Below are positions 21,402 through 30,521 of a stretch of 64,000 nucleotides of DNA, piece after piece. Positions within the stretch are counted from its first letter, which is position 1, and the number at the start of each line of letters is the position of its first letter. A program made the position numbers and the translations under genes. This stretch comes from Alphaproteobacteria bacterium. GTDB lineage: Bacteria; Pseudomonadota; Alphaproteobacteria; UBA6615. Under the pieces are notes generated by a model. It did not search any database. It was given only the letters and a program-made list of their open reading frames with translations, and had not been told where the DNA came from. Location: NCBI GenBank assembly GCA_038117045.1, contig JAYOFE010000015.1:18240-82239 (forward strand), written 5' to 3'.

Positions 21402-22706
21402 ATGACCATCCTCAATCAAAACCAGAATTCGCTGTTCGCCCACATGTTCACCAATGCCGCGCGTTGCGCAGCTGCGGCCCTGCTCGTCCTGTCCACGTCC
21501 TATTCGGCGGTCTCGGCACAGGACGTCCAACGCATCGCGGCCGTGGTGAATGAGAAGGTCATCTCGATCTTCGACGTGCAGCAGCGCATCCAGATCCTGA
21601 TTGCATCGTCCGGTCTGCCCAACACGGTGGAAACCCAGCTGCGCATCACGCCCCAGGTATTGCGCGGGCTGATCGACGAGGCACTGCAGACCGAAGAAGC
21701 CGAACGGCTGAATGTCCGAGTCACGCAGTCCGAAATTGATGCCGCCATCGGCCGTATCGAGCAGTCCAACAATATCCCCCGGGGCGGTTTTGAAACCTTC
21801 CTGCGCCAGCAGGGAATTTCGACCGAAGCGGCCGTCGACCAGATCCGTGCGAACATTGCCTGGCAGAAGCTGCTGTCGCGCACGGTGATCCCGACCATCG
21901 AGATCGGCGAGGAGGAGATCGACGCGGTCATCCAGCGGATCGAGGCGAACAGGGGCGTGAAGGAGTACCGGGTGGGCGAGATCCTGCTACCGGTCGACAA
22001 CCCGGCAGATGCCGACGAAATCCGCGAACTGGCAAAACGGCTGGTCCAGCAGATCCGGGGCGGCGCCGATTTCCGCGCGGTCGCCAGCCAGTTTTCCAAG
22101 AGCGCCTCTGCCGCCACGGGCGGCGATATCGGCTGGATCCAGGCGGGGAGCCTGGAGCCGTCTCTCAACACCGCCATCACCTCGATGAATGTCGGCGAAG
22201 TTTCCGCCCCGATCGATACCGCCGACGGAATCGCCATCGTCACCCTTGTCAGCCAGCGCACCAACGAGCCGGCCGAGGCGGGCGAGCGCACCGTGCAGCT
22301 TCGCCAGATGCTGATACTCCTGGACAGCAACGCCGCCCAGTCAGACGTCGATGCCGCCATGGCCAAGGCGCGCGAGATCGTCGCGAATGTCCGCGGCTGT
22401 CCTGATTTCGCCGCCGCGGCAGAGGCGGCAGGCACCCCGCAGCCGAGCGACCCGGCAACCTTCAAGCTGAAGGACCTGAACGCCCAGCTTCGGACCATCG
22501 CGGCCAACCAACCAGTCGGCGAGGCAAGTGCCCCTATCCGCCAACCTGCAGGCATCCAGGTCGTGATGATCTGCGACCGACAGGACGAGACAGGGCCCGA
22601 CCGGGGCGAGATCCGGCAGACCCTGTTGCGTGATCGGGTCGACATGCTTTCGCGCCGCTACCTTCGTGACCTGCGCCGCGCAGCCTTCGTCGACTTGCGT
22701 GTTTGA
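21402..22706 (+). CDS. surA: Periplasmic chaperone / PPIase SurA
   Basis: Signal peptide, N-terminal SurA_N domain, and parvulin-type PPIase regions (YRVGEILLPV... / VGEVSAPI...). lptD-surA-ksgA synteny. Confidence 0.8.
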   Translation: MTILNQNQNSLFAHMFTNAARCAAAALLVLSTSYSAVSAQDVQRIAAVVNEKVISIFDVQQRIQILIASSGLPNTVETQLRITPQVLRGLIDEALQTEEAERLNVRVTQSEIDAAIGRIEQSNNIPRGGFETFLRQQGISTEAAVDQIRANIAWQKLLSRTVIPTIEIGEEEIDAVIQRIEANRGVKEYRVGEILLPVDNPADADEIRELAKRLVQQIRGGADFRAVASQFSKSASAATGGDIGWIQAGSLEPSLNTAITSMNVGEVSAPIDTADGIAIVTLVSQRTNEPAEAGERTVQLRQMLILLDSNAAQSDVDAAMAKAREIVANVRGCPDFAAAAEAAGTPQPSDPATFKLKDLNAQLRTIAANQPVGEASAPIRQPAGIQVVMICDRQDETGPDRGEIRQTLLRDRVDMLSRRYLRDLRRAAFVDLRV

Positions 22707-23526
22707 CGCCGGCCGCCTTCCGCCGCTCCGCGAAATTGTCGGCCGCTTTGACATTGCGGCCCAGAAGTCGCTCGGCCAGCATTTCCTGTTCGATCTCAAC
22801 CTCACCCGCCGCATCGTCTCTGTGGCGGGAGACCTCGGCGGGCAGAATGTCATCGAGATCGGAGCCGGCCCCGGCGGCCTGACCCGCGCCCTGCTCGAAA
22901 GCCCGGCGCAGCATGTCTTTGCAGTCGAACGTGATCCGCGCGCCATCGCAGCATTGCGCGACCTGGCAGGCCATGCTGGTGGCCGGCTGACGGTGATCGA
23001 CGCGGATGCGCTTGGCTACGACCTCGCCGCGGCGGTGCCGGCGCCCCGGCGGATTGTCGCCAATCTTCCCTACAACGTCGGAACGCCGCTCCTGGTGGAC
23101 TGGCTCATCCACGCGCAGGACTTTCTCGGCTTCACCCTGATGTTCCAGAAGGAGGTGGCCGAGCGTATCGTCGCGTCGCCGGGCACCAAGGCCTACGGGC
23201 GGCTTTCCGTCCTGTCCCAGTGGCTGACCGACACCCGAATCATGTTCGATATCCCTGCTTCGGCCTTCGTACCGCCGCCGAATGTGACGTCTTCCGTCGT
23301 CAACATGACGGTGCGCCGCGAACCGCGCGCCCCGGCCCGGCGCGAGACGCTGGAACTGGTGACACGCGCCGCCTTTGGTCAGCGCCGGAAGATGTTGCGC
23401 CGGGCGCTGTCATCACTGGGAGGTACCGAACTGCTTGCTGCAGCGGGTGTTGCGGAGGACGCACGCGCGGAAGATCTGGATATCGGCCAGTTCTGCGCCA
23501 TCGCCAACGCGTTCGACAGCAGGTAG
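22630..23526 (+). CDS. rsmA: 16S rRNA (adenine1518/1519-N6)-dimethyltransferase. True start is probably the GTG near 22699, because the track start overlaps the surA 3' end.
   Basis: KSLGQHFLFDLNLTRRIV...VIEIGAGPGGLT...NLPYN are KsgA signatures. Confidence 0.85.
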   Translation: MIGSTCFRAATFVTCAAQPSSTCVFDAGRLPPLREIVGRFDIAAQKSLGQHFLFDLNLTRRIVSVAGDLGGQNVIEIGAGPGGLTRALLESPAQHVFAVERDPRAIAALRDLAGHAGGRLTVIDADALGYDLAAAVPAPRRIVANLPYNVGTPLLVDWLIHAQDFLGFTLMFQKEVAERIVASPGTKAYGRLSVLSQWLTDTRIMFDIPASAFVPPPNVTSSVVNMTVRREPRAPARRETLELVTRAAFGQRRKMLRRALSSLGGTELLAAAGVAEDARAEDLDIGQFCAIANAFDSR

Positions 23527-23538
23527 CGCTGAGCGCGA

Positions 23539-24399
23539 CTAAGCGTCCGCGGGGCTGTTCAGAGGCAGGGAAATACGGAAGCAGCAGCCGTCCCCGGTGT
23601 TCTCGACGCCGATCCGGCCGTTTATACCGGTGACGATACGCTCCACCACGGAAAGACCAAGTCCGGTCCCTTTCCCCGCCGCCTTCGTCGTGAAGAACGG
23701 CTCGAAGACCGAGGCGCGTATCTCTTCGGGAATCCCGCCGCCGGTATCGGAAATCGAGATTTCAGCATGGTCTCCGCTGGCCTCGACAAGGACACGGACC
23801 CGGCGCGCGGCATCCTGCGCAGTGCCTGCGTGGTTCAGGATCGCATCGCGGCCATTGGAAATCAGGTTTACGACCACCTGCTCCAGGTGGATCGACTTGC
23901 CGGTCGTGAAGACTGGCCCCTCGGACAGGGTCAGATCGAGCGCGATATCGTCCTTGGCCAACTCGCTGGCGAACAGTTTCGTCGCCGAACTGACCGCCTC
24001 ACCGATGTCGAACGGCTGATCGCCCGGCTCAAGGCGGCGCGCGAAACTTCCGATGTGTTCGATCAGCTCGCGCAGGCGCCCGACCTGCTCTGAGATCGCC
24101 TGCAAGCGTGCCTCGACATAGGCCGGATCGCCGTTCTCACCTTCCATTTCAAGCAGCGCGTTCTCGGCCGCCATGTTGATGACGGCAAGCGGCTGGTTGA
24201 TTTCGTGGGCGAGTTTCGCCGCTGTCTCGCCGAGGCTCGTCAGCCGGTCGGCATGGGCAAGCCGCTCGTTCATATCCTCGCGCAGCGACTCATCACGAAC
24301 CAACATCACCACGTCCTGGCTGCCTCCCTTGTCCAGAGGCCGCGACATGGTGCGTTCGATGGCGCGGCGCGCCGAACCGCGTGTTATGGAGGAATTCAC
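23539..24399 (-). CDS. Sensor-less cytoplasmic histidine kinase, FixL/DctB-type core (HisKA + HATPase_c). Alternative ATG start at 24348 (MSRPLDKGG).
   Basis: H-box LAHEINQPLAVI. G-boxes DTGGGIPEE and GKGTGLGLSVV. No TM or sensor domain. No response regulator nearby. Confidence 0.7.
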   Translation of the reverse strand: MNSSITRGSARRAIERTMSRPLDKGGSQDVVMLVRDESLREDMNERLAHADRLTSLGETAAKLAHEINQPLAVINMAAENALLEMEGENGDPAYVEARLQAISEQVGRLRELIEHIGSFARRLEPGDQPFDIGEAVSSATKLFASELAKDDIALDLTLSEGPVFTTGKSIHLEQVVVNLISNGRDAILNHAGTAQDAARRVRVLVEASGDHAEISISDTGGGIPEEIRASVFEPFFTTKAAGKGTGLGLSVVERIVTGINGRIGVENTGDGCCFRISLPLNSPADA

Positions 24400-24412
24400 T
24401 CTAGCGGTTTTT

Positions 24413-25507
24413 TTACAGCTGCCCGAAACCCCGAACCAACCGTTCCGGCGGGAACAGGACGGTTACGACCGTTCCCTTTCCGACCTCGCTGACCAGTTCG
24501 AGGGTTCCCCGGTGCAGTTCCACGAGGGACTTGCAGATCGACAATCCGAGGCCTGTGCCGCTGTGTTTTCGCCTGTAGGGGTCGGCAACCTGGCCGAAGG
24601 GTTCCAAGATTTTGCGAAAATCCTTTTCGGCAATGCCAATACCGGTGTCGGATACCGTCAGCGCCAGAGTCCGGTCTTCGTGCTCCACAACGCGGATCTG
24701 GACGCTCCCCGCAGGCGGGGTGAACTTTATCGCGTTGGAGAGAAGGTTGAGAACGATCTGCTTGAAGTGGCGTTCGTCCGCCCGCAGCAGCGGGGTTCCC
24801 TTCGGGTCGTCATACAACAGCGACACTTCGCCCGCGTTGGCCTGCTGGGCGACCATGGAGATGCAGTAATTTATAGCCTCGGAGACCACGACCACCGTTT
24901 CGTCGACGGGCATTTCGTGGGCCTCGATCCTCGACAGGTCGAGGAGATCGGTAATGATTTGGGTCAGCTGCGTGCCCGCTTCATGAATCAAATTCGCGTA
25001 TTCGAGATTTTTCTCGTTTCCCAGCGGCCCGAAGGCCTCCCCTGCGAGAACCTCGGAAAACCCGACGATGGCGTTCAGCGGCGTGCGGAGTTCGTGGCTC
25101 ATATTGGCTAGGAAATCGGATTTCGCCCTGTTAGCGAGTTCGGCCTGTTCCTTAGCCGCAAGAATTTGGCGTTCGATTTGTTTCCGGGCTTCGATTTCCC
25201 GTTCGACCGTTTCCAAACGTTTCTTCGTGAGCTTCAAATCCTTTATGTCAGTCCATAATCCTATGGAACCGATATGCTTACCATCGTCATCGTATATCGG
25301 CGTCGGATTGTTGATGCAGGGAATGTTTTCACCATCCGATCGCAGAAGAGAGATTTCGTATGGCTCGAATATCCCCTTTTTTCGCTTCTCTAGTTCGTAC
25401 CGAAAAATTTTCGCGTTCGCCTCATCTACGACGTCGTAAACGGTGGTTTCGATCAGCACGTCTCTTGACCGTCCCAATATTCGACACAACGCGGGGTTGA
25501 CATCCAA
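24413..25507 (-). CDS. PAS-domain sensor histidine kinase. TTG start at 25505-25507.
   Basis: PAS region (FEPYEISLLRSDGENIP...DGKHIGSIGLWTDI). H-box NMSHELRTPLNAIVGF. N-box LLSNAIKFT. G-boxes DTGIGI and GTGLGLSI. An in-frame stop (25565-25567) lies 19 codons upstream of the TTG and cuts into the PAS N-cap. Confidence 0.7.
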   Translation of the reverse strand: MDVNPALCRILGRSRDVLIETTVYDVVDEANAKIFRYELEKRKKGIFEPYEISLLRSDGENIPCINNPTPIYDDDGKHIGSIGLWTDIKDLKLTKKRLETVEREIEARKQIERQILAAKEQAELANRAKSDFLANMSHELRTPLNAIVGFSEVLAGEAFGPLGNEKNLEYANLIHEAGTQLTQIITDLLDLSRIEAHEMPVDETVVVVSEAINYCISMVAQQANAGEVSLLYDDPKGTPLLRADERHFKQIVLNLLSNAIKFTPPAGSVQIRVVEHEDRTLALTVSDTGIGIAEKDFRKILEPFGQVADPYRRKHSGTGLGLSICKSLVELHRGTLELVSEVGKGTVVTVLFPPERLVRGFGQL

Positions 25508-26053
25508 CGTCTTGCCTTCGGCGTCGATGAACCAATAGCCCTCCCGGGTGCTTTCGAAGAGCCGATCAAGAATATGACGGTAGGGGTCGAAACCTTGGGT
25601 ACGGTGCGCTAGCTACTCCCTGAAACTTCCTTTCGCATCAAAGTTCAAATCTCGGCGAAAATTCATGCACGTAGCCTTCGCGTTTCAATGCTCAATGAAC
25701 GGGATTTTTCTCACCGCACCTATATAAAAGGTACAATAGTATTTCAACGGATGAGAAAACTCTCAACCTCACTTGCCTTCAACGGCGAACCGGACCCAGG
25801 CAGCGATGCGTGCGCGCGAGCTCGGGATCATCTAGTTCGTGAAGCCTGCCCGGGCGCGATGCGTTCGCGGCCCGGCCCCTTCTGCGGAGTAACGCCATGA
25901 AACGCGCAGACCCTTCGATCCCCGGGTTCCGTTATCGGACCCATGAACCAGAATACGAGCGTCTCGGGCTGCCGTTCTGCCGCCGCGATTCGCTCAGGAA
26001 GCTCTCGGTGCTGCTGGAAGAGGAAGTGCCGGAAAGCCAGCGCGCCCGCACGG

Positions 26054-26707
26054 TCACAGCCCGTGACGCAGAAGACGCACGAAATCCGAAAGGCCTTCCT
26101 GCCGCGTCCGCTTGAGGCGTTCGGCTTCCAGGATCGCCCGGACCTGCGCCACGCTGTCCTCGAAGTTCTGGTTGACCACCACATAGTCGTACTCCGACCA
26201 GTGGGTCATCTCGTCGGCGGCCTTTGCCATCCGGTTCGAAATCACTTCCGCACTGTCCTGCGCACGCGTGTTCAGGCGGCGTTCAAGTTCCGCCGTTGAC
26301 GGCGGCAGGATGAAGACGCTGACGAGGTCCTCGCGCGCACGCTCATCGAGCTGCTGCGTGCCCTGCCAGTCAATGTCGAACAGGACATCCTTTCCCGCGT
26401 TCAGGGCCTCCTCAACCGGCCCGCGCGGCGTGCCGTAGTAGTGGTCGAAAACCTTGGCGTATTCCAGCAGTTCCTGCCGGTTCACCATCAGGTCGAAATC
26501 CGTCTTGTCGACGAACAGATAGTGCACGCCGTCCTCTTCTCCGGGCCGGCGCGGGCGGGTCGTGGCCGAGATCGACATGAACAGGTTGGGATCACGTTCA
26601 AGCAGCTCGCGTGAAATCGAGGTCTTGCCCGCGCCGGAGGGGGAAGACAGCACGAGCATCAGGCCGCGCCGCCTGATGTTCAGTCCGGTGTTCGCATCAC
26701 TGACCAT
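26054..26707 (-). CDS. gmk: Guanylate kinase
   Basis: P-loop SSPSGAGKTS. GMP-binding motifs TTRPRRPGEEDGVHYLFV and GKDVLFDIDWQGTQQL. Confidence 0.9.
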   Translation of the reverse strand: MVSDANTGLNIRRRGLMLVLSSPSGAGKTSISRELLERDPNLFMSISATTRPRRPGEEDGVHYLFVDKTDFDLMVNRQELLEYAKVFDHYYGTPRGPVEEALNAGKDVLFDIDWQGTQQLDERAREDLVSVFILPPSTAELERRLNTRAQDSAEVISNRMAKAADEMTHWSEYDYVVVNQNFEDSVAQVRAILEAERLKRTRQEGLSDFVRLLRHGL

Positions 26708-26717
26708 CCCGATCCCC

Positions 26718-27608
26718 CTACTCGACGTTCTGGACCTGCTCGCGGAACTGCTCGATCGTCGCCTTCAGGTCCAGCCCCAGCCGTGTCAGTTCGACATCCG
26801 CCGACTTGGAACACAGCGTATTGGCCTCGCGGTTGAGCTCCTGGCACAGGAAATCGAGCCGCCGTCCGACCGCCTTGCCATCGTCCAGCAATTCGCCGAC
26901 CGCGGAAATGTGGACCCGCAGGCGGTCGAGCTCTTCGCGAACATCGGCCTTGCCCACCAACAGTGCCGCTTCCTGCGCGAGTCGTTCCTCGGAAAGACGC
27001 GGGTCCGCCTGCATGAGTTCCTCGACCAGCGTCCGCAAACGGGCGCGAATGGCATCCGGTTGCGTCGCCGCGGATTCCGAAGCCGCCTCGACCAGCGATC
27101 CCAGACCCGCGAGATGTGCACGCAGGACGCCCTCAAGCTGCGCACCTTCGGAAGCGCGGGCCTCCGCCATGCCGGCCAGCATGGACTCTCCAGAGCGGAT
27201 CATGTCGCGCTGGCGTTCGGAGACCTCCTCATCGGACTCGCTGTCCTCGGCGCTCTCAAGCATGCCGCGGATCGAAAGTAGGCCTTCGAGGCTCGGCGCC
27301 GCTTCCGAGATTTCGCCCGAAAGTTCCGATCGAAGGGCGAGGACAGTCTGCAGGAGTTCGCGGTTCACCCTGTAGCTCGAGCCGGACTGGTCCCGGCGCT
27401 CGACCGACAGGCCGAGGGTGACATTGCCGCGCACGAACAGCTTGTCGGCAGCCTTGCGCACGGCCTGCTCGACCGCCTCCTGCCCGCCCGGAACCCGGCA
27501 CCGGATATCCAGACCGCGCGCATTAACGCTGCGGCCCTCCCAGGTCCAGGTGAAACGGGAATCCTGTCCGGATGCGCGGGCGAATCCCGTCATGCTTTGC
27601 AGGGTCAT
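26718..27608 (-). CDS. yicC: YicC-family stress-induced protein (endoribonuclease YicC). Start at MTLQSMTGF.
   Basis: MTGFARASG...FTWTWEGRSVN is the YicC N-terminus. C-terminal DUF1732 portion (ELNREANTLCSKSAD). gmk-yicC linkage. Confidence 0.8.
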   Translation of the reverse strand: MTLQSMTGFARASGQDSRFTWTWEGRSVNARGLDIRCRVPGGQEAVEQAVRKAADKLFVRGNVTLGLSVERRDQSGSSYRVNRELLQTVLALRSELSGEISEAAPSLEGLLSIRGMLESAEDSESDEEVSERQRDMIRSGESMLAGMAEARASEGAQLEGVLRAHLAGLGSLVEAASESAATQPDAIRARLRTLVEELMQADPRLSEERLAQEAALLVGKADVREELDRLRVHISAVGELLDDGKAVGRRLDFLCQELNREANTLCSKSADVELTRLGLDLKATIEQFREQVQNVE

Positions 27609-27729
27609 CGCGGCCTTTCGGTGCGTGCGGAGAGGCGGCAAACCGCCTGCAGGGCTGTTGTTTTCATGGCGCGCCTTATAGCTTGGGGTCCGGTGACCAA
27701 CAAGCCGGACCGGGAACTGCGGCAGCGAC

Positions 27730-28461
27730 ATGGGAAGGTTCGATTCTCCGACCAGCATCCTGATCACGGGCGCATCGAGCGGCATCGGGGCAGTCCTTGC
27801 CCAGACCTATGCCCGCGAAGGCGTGAACCTCGCGCTGGGCGGACGCAATGCCCAGCGTCTAGAAGCCGTGGCAGACGCCGTGCGCGCGGCCGGTGCAGAT
27901 TACACCGTCGCCCGGGTGGACGTGACCGACGCCCAAGCCATGCGAGAGTGGATTGTCGGCACCGACAGGGAAACGCCACTCGACCTTGTCATCGCAAACG
28001 CCGGGATCTCGGCGGGAACACGGAAGGCCACGCGCGGCACGCCCGCCGATGCCGCGCGTATCTTCGCCACCAATGTCGAGGGCGTGGCGAACACAGTCAT
28101 ACCCATTCTGCCGCGCATGCGCGAGCGCGGGCGCGGGCAAATCGCGCTGATGTCCAGCCTCGCGGGATTCCACGGCTTTGCGGATGCACCCGCCTACTGC
28201 GCCAGCAAGTCGGCCGTGCGGCTCTACGGGACGGCCTTGCGCAAGTCCTGCCGCGAAGACGGTGTCGGAATCAGCGTGATCTGCCCCGGCTTCGTACGTT
28301 CACCGATGACCGATGTGAACGACTTCCGGATGCCGATGCTGATGGATGCCGACCACGCGGCCCGCATCATATGCAGGGGTCTTGCCCGGAACCGGCGCAT
28401 CATCGCCTTTCCGTGGCCGATGTATATTGGCGTCCGGCTGCTCTCCCTTCTAAAGGGCTAG
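27730..28461 (+). CDS. SDR-family short-chain dehydrogenase/reductase
   Basis: TGASSGIG Rossmann motif. YCASK catalytic motif. NAGI. Confidence 0.75.
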   Translation: MGRFDSPTSILITGASSGIGAVLAQTYAREGVNLALGGRNAQRLEAVADAVRAAGADYTVARVDVTDAQAMREWIVGTDRETPLDLVIANAGISAGTRKATRGTPADAARIFATNVEGVANTVIPILPRMRERGRGQIALMSSLAGFHGFADAPAYCASKSAVRLYGTALRKSCREDGVGISVICPGFVRSPMTDVNDFRMPMLMDADHAARIICRGLARNRRIIAFPWPMYIGVRLLSLLKG

Positions 28462-28496
28462 CGGACCACAGGAATGAAATCAGGGGGAAAACCGCT

Positions 28497-29303
28497 ATGG
28501 ACCGGAAACTGGAAAACAAGACCGCGCTGATCACGGGTGCGGCGCTGGAAGGCGGCCAGGGCGCGGCCGAGGCGCGCCTGCTGTCCGAGAACGGCGCGCG
28601 CGTCATCCTTGCGGATGTCCAGGACGAGGCCGGGGAAGCGCGCGCACAGGCCATTCGTGAAGCCGGCGGCGAAGCCCACTACCGCCACCTTGATGTGGCC
28701 GACGAGGACAACTGGGCGACGCTTATCGACAGCATCCGCGACGAGTTCGGCGCGCTCCATATCCTCGTCAACAATGCCGGTGTCACCCTGCGCGGCGGCA
28801 ATGTGCTGAACACCTCGCTGGAAGACTGGAACCGGGTTGTGTCGGTCAACCTGACCGGCCCGTTCCTCGGCATTCGCACGGCGGCGCCGCTGATCCGTGA
28901 CAGCGGCGGTGGGGCCATCGTCAACACCAGCTCGATTGCCGGACTGACGGGCCATTTCGCGACCGCCTACAGCGCGACCAAATGGGGCGTACGCGGTGTC
29001 TCGAAGAGCGCCGCCATGGCGCTCCAGGAGTGGGGGATCCGCGTGAACACCGTGTGTCCGGGCCTGGTGATGACACCCTTCGTCGCAGGCTCTGACGACT
29101 TCATCGAGGCCCTGGGTGCACAGACCCCGATGGTGCGCGGCGCGGAGCCCGAGGAAATCGCCTCGGTGGTGCTGTTCCTGGTCAGCGACGATTCCAGCTA
29201 CATCACCGGCCACGATATCGCGGTCGACGGTGGGTTCACCGATTTCGGCGGCTACAATGCGGTGCTGAAACAGATCATGGCGCAACCTGGCCAGAAAATC
29301 TGA
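28497..29303 (+). CDS. SDR-family short-chain dehydrogenase/reductase. Start MDRKLENK; ATG verified at 28497.
   Basis: TGAALEGGQG glycine-rich motif (atypical). NNAG. YSATK catalytic motif. The track's 568-aa ORF 27597..29303 is an artefactual upstream extension. Confidence 0.7.
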   Translation: MDRKLENKTALITGAALEGGQGAAEARLLSENGARVILADVQDEAGEARAQAIREAGGEAHYRHLDVADEDNWATLIDSIRDEFGALHILVNNAGVTLRGGNVLNTSLEDWNRVVSVNLTGPFLGIRTAAPLIRDSGGGAIVNTSSIAGLTGHFATAYSATKWGVRGVSKSAAMALQEWGIRVNTVCPGLVMTPFVAGSDDFIEALGAQTPMVRGAEPEEIASVVLFLVSDDSSYITGHDIAVDGGFTDFGGYNAVLKQIMAQPGQKI

Positions 29304-29323
29304 CCGGATGGCCGGCAGGGCTG

Positions 29324-30064
29324 CTATGCCGGGTGCGCCTTCCGGTCCGTCAGGTAGGCGGTCAAGCCGCCCAGCAGCATCCAGAACAGGGCCGTGACCA
29401 CGAGCGTGGACACAATGAACTGCGATGCCAGTTCCACTGGTATCGCGTGGTCCACATGGGTCCGCTCCACCGCAAAGAAATGTGGCAGGACAATCAGTGC
29501 GGCGCCGGCAATCCGCCAGAGCCAGGCATCACGAAACGCAATCAGGGCCAGTCCCGCCGCCGTGAACACCGTCGTCGCGATCGACCATGTCTGGCGGGCC
29601 ATCAGGTCCGCCTCGCTGGCCATGCCGGGCAGCTCGGGCGGCAGGCTGAACGCCGGTGACAGGTGCACGGCGACAAATCCCGCCAGGCCCCAGACCACAC
29701 CCTGCCTCCATCCATAGATACGGCCGGTAAATGCGATCGCCGCGGACAGGATCAGTCCAAAACCCACAGCCGTCACGAGGCTCGAAAAGAGCGAGAACAT
29801 CGTCCGCTCCAACCCGTCCGATGGCGACCATTCACCCTCGCCATGGACGTGGCGTTCCCCGTCATCGTGGATATGAACGCTTTCCTGTCGGCTCGCCTCT
29901 TCCGCAGCCGGTTGCGCCTCCGCGTGGCCATGCGCACCGACGGCGTTCTCATAGGTTTCAGCTTCGAAGACGAGCGGGACCAGTTCCAGTTGCTGGGCCG
30001 AAAACACGAACACGCCAGCAATCAGCCCGGCCAGCAAGCCGGGATAGAAAATTCGCCGAAACAT
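29324..30064 (-). CDS. cbtA: Cobalt transporter subunit CbtA-like membrane protein
   Basis: Multi-TM protein with a His-rich periplasmic loop (HGHAEA...HIHDDGERHVHGEGEW). Directly downstream of a cbtB-like gene and a cobalamin riboswitch. Confidence 0.6.
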   Translation of the reverse strand: MFRRIFYPGLLAGLIAGVFVFSAQQLELVPLVFEAETYENAVGAHGHAEAQPAAEEASRQESVHIHDDGERHVHGEGEWSPSDGLERTMFSLFSSLVTAVGFGLILSAAIAFTGRIYGWRQGVVWGLAGFVAVHLSPAFSLPPELPGMASEADLMARQTWSIATTVFTAAGLALIAFRDAWLWRIAGAALIVLPHFFAVERTHVDHAIPVELASQFIVSTLVVTALFWMLLGGLTAYLTDRKAHPA

Positions 30065-30084
30065 TGGTTCGTACCGGCTGGTTT

Positions 30085-30282
30085 CTAGTGGCAGGGAAAC
30101 GCGAAGGAATGACGCGCATCGTGCGCGGCGTTGTGCAGCGCAGAGGAGTTCGCATAGGCGGCGCCCCAGATCAGGAAAATGCCGAACAGCAGGACAGATG
30201 CGGCAGCCACGAGCCTGCGGCGATCCGAACTATCGACGGCCCCGCCGACAACGGATTCAGACGGGGAATATTCGCTCGACAT
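30085..30282 (-). CDS. cbtB: Cobalt transporter subunit CbtB-like small membrane protein
   Basis: 65 aa, one TM helix. C-terminal HNAAHDARH motif characteristic of CbtB. GGAGGA RBS 7 nt upstream of the ATG. Confidence 0.6.
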   Translation of the reverse strand: MSSEYSPSESVVGGAVDSSDRRRLVAAASVLLFGIFLIWGAAYANSSALHNAAHDARHSFAFPCH

Positions 30283-30297
30283 GTATCATCCTCCGTG

Positions 30298-30455
30298 GAC
30301 TTCGCGCGAAACGCTCGCCGGTCATCGGCTGGGCGTCACCTTGGAGCGGGAAGTATCTGGCTTGCGGACCACGCCGCTTTCAGTTGCGGGGACAGCACCG
30401 GTATCTCACCGGTTTCCCTCACCGCCCGAGGCATTGCGAGTATGGTATTTCCGTT
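30298..30455 (-). promoter_or_regulatory. Cobalamin (AdoCbl) riboswitch in the 5' leader of cbtB-cbtA
   Basis: Minus-strand sequence, RNA 5'->3' = rc of + 30430..30331: cGGUGAGGGAAACCGGUGAGAUACCGGUGCUGUCCCCGCAACUGAAAGCGG...CCAGAUACUUCCCGCUCCAAGGUGACGCC. This matches the conserved core GGGAA..GGUG.A..CC...GC.G.CCCGC(A/C)ACUG (B12 box) and the 3' CCAG.A.ACU...GCC element. An expression platform and SD follow. Confidence 0.6.
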
Positions 30456-30521
30456 GATGCACCGCAACCGGCAAAACATCGTTCATGTGCCTGTTCATGA
30501 AATTTCCGGCCGTGCCAACAC

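Noticed and set aside
25688-26050. Small ORFs (25688..25900 +, 25897..26115 +, 25828..26184 -) between the PAS kinase promoter region and gmk
   Set aside because: No recognisable motifs. They overlap the gmk 3' end or each other. They are most likely intergenic/UTR sequence.
27597-29303. 568-aa ORF apparently fusing two SDR genes
   Set aside because: Only the C-terminal 269 aa (from the ATG at 28497) are SDR-like. The N-terminal part is out of frame relative to the first SDR (27730..28461) and is low-complexity.
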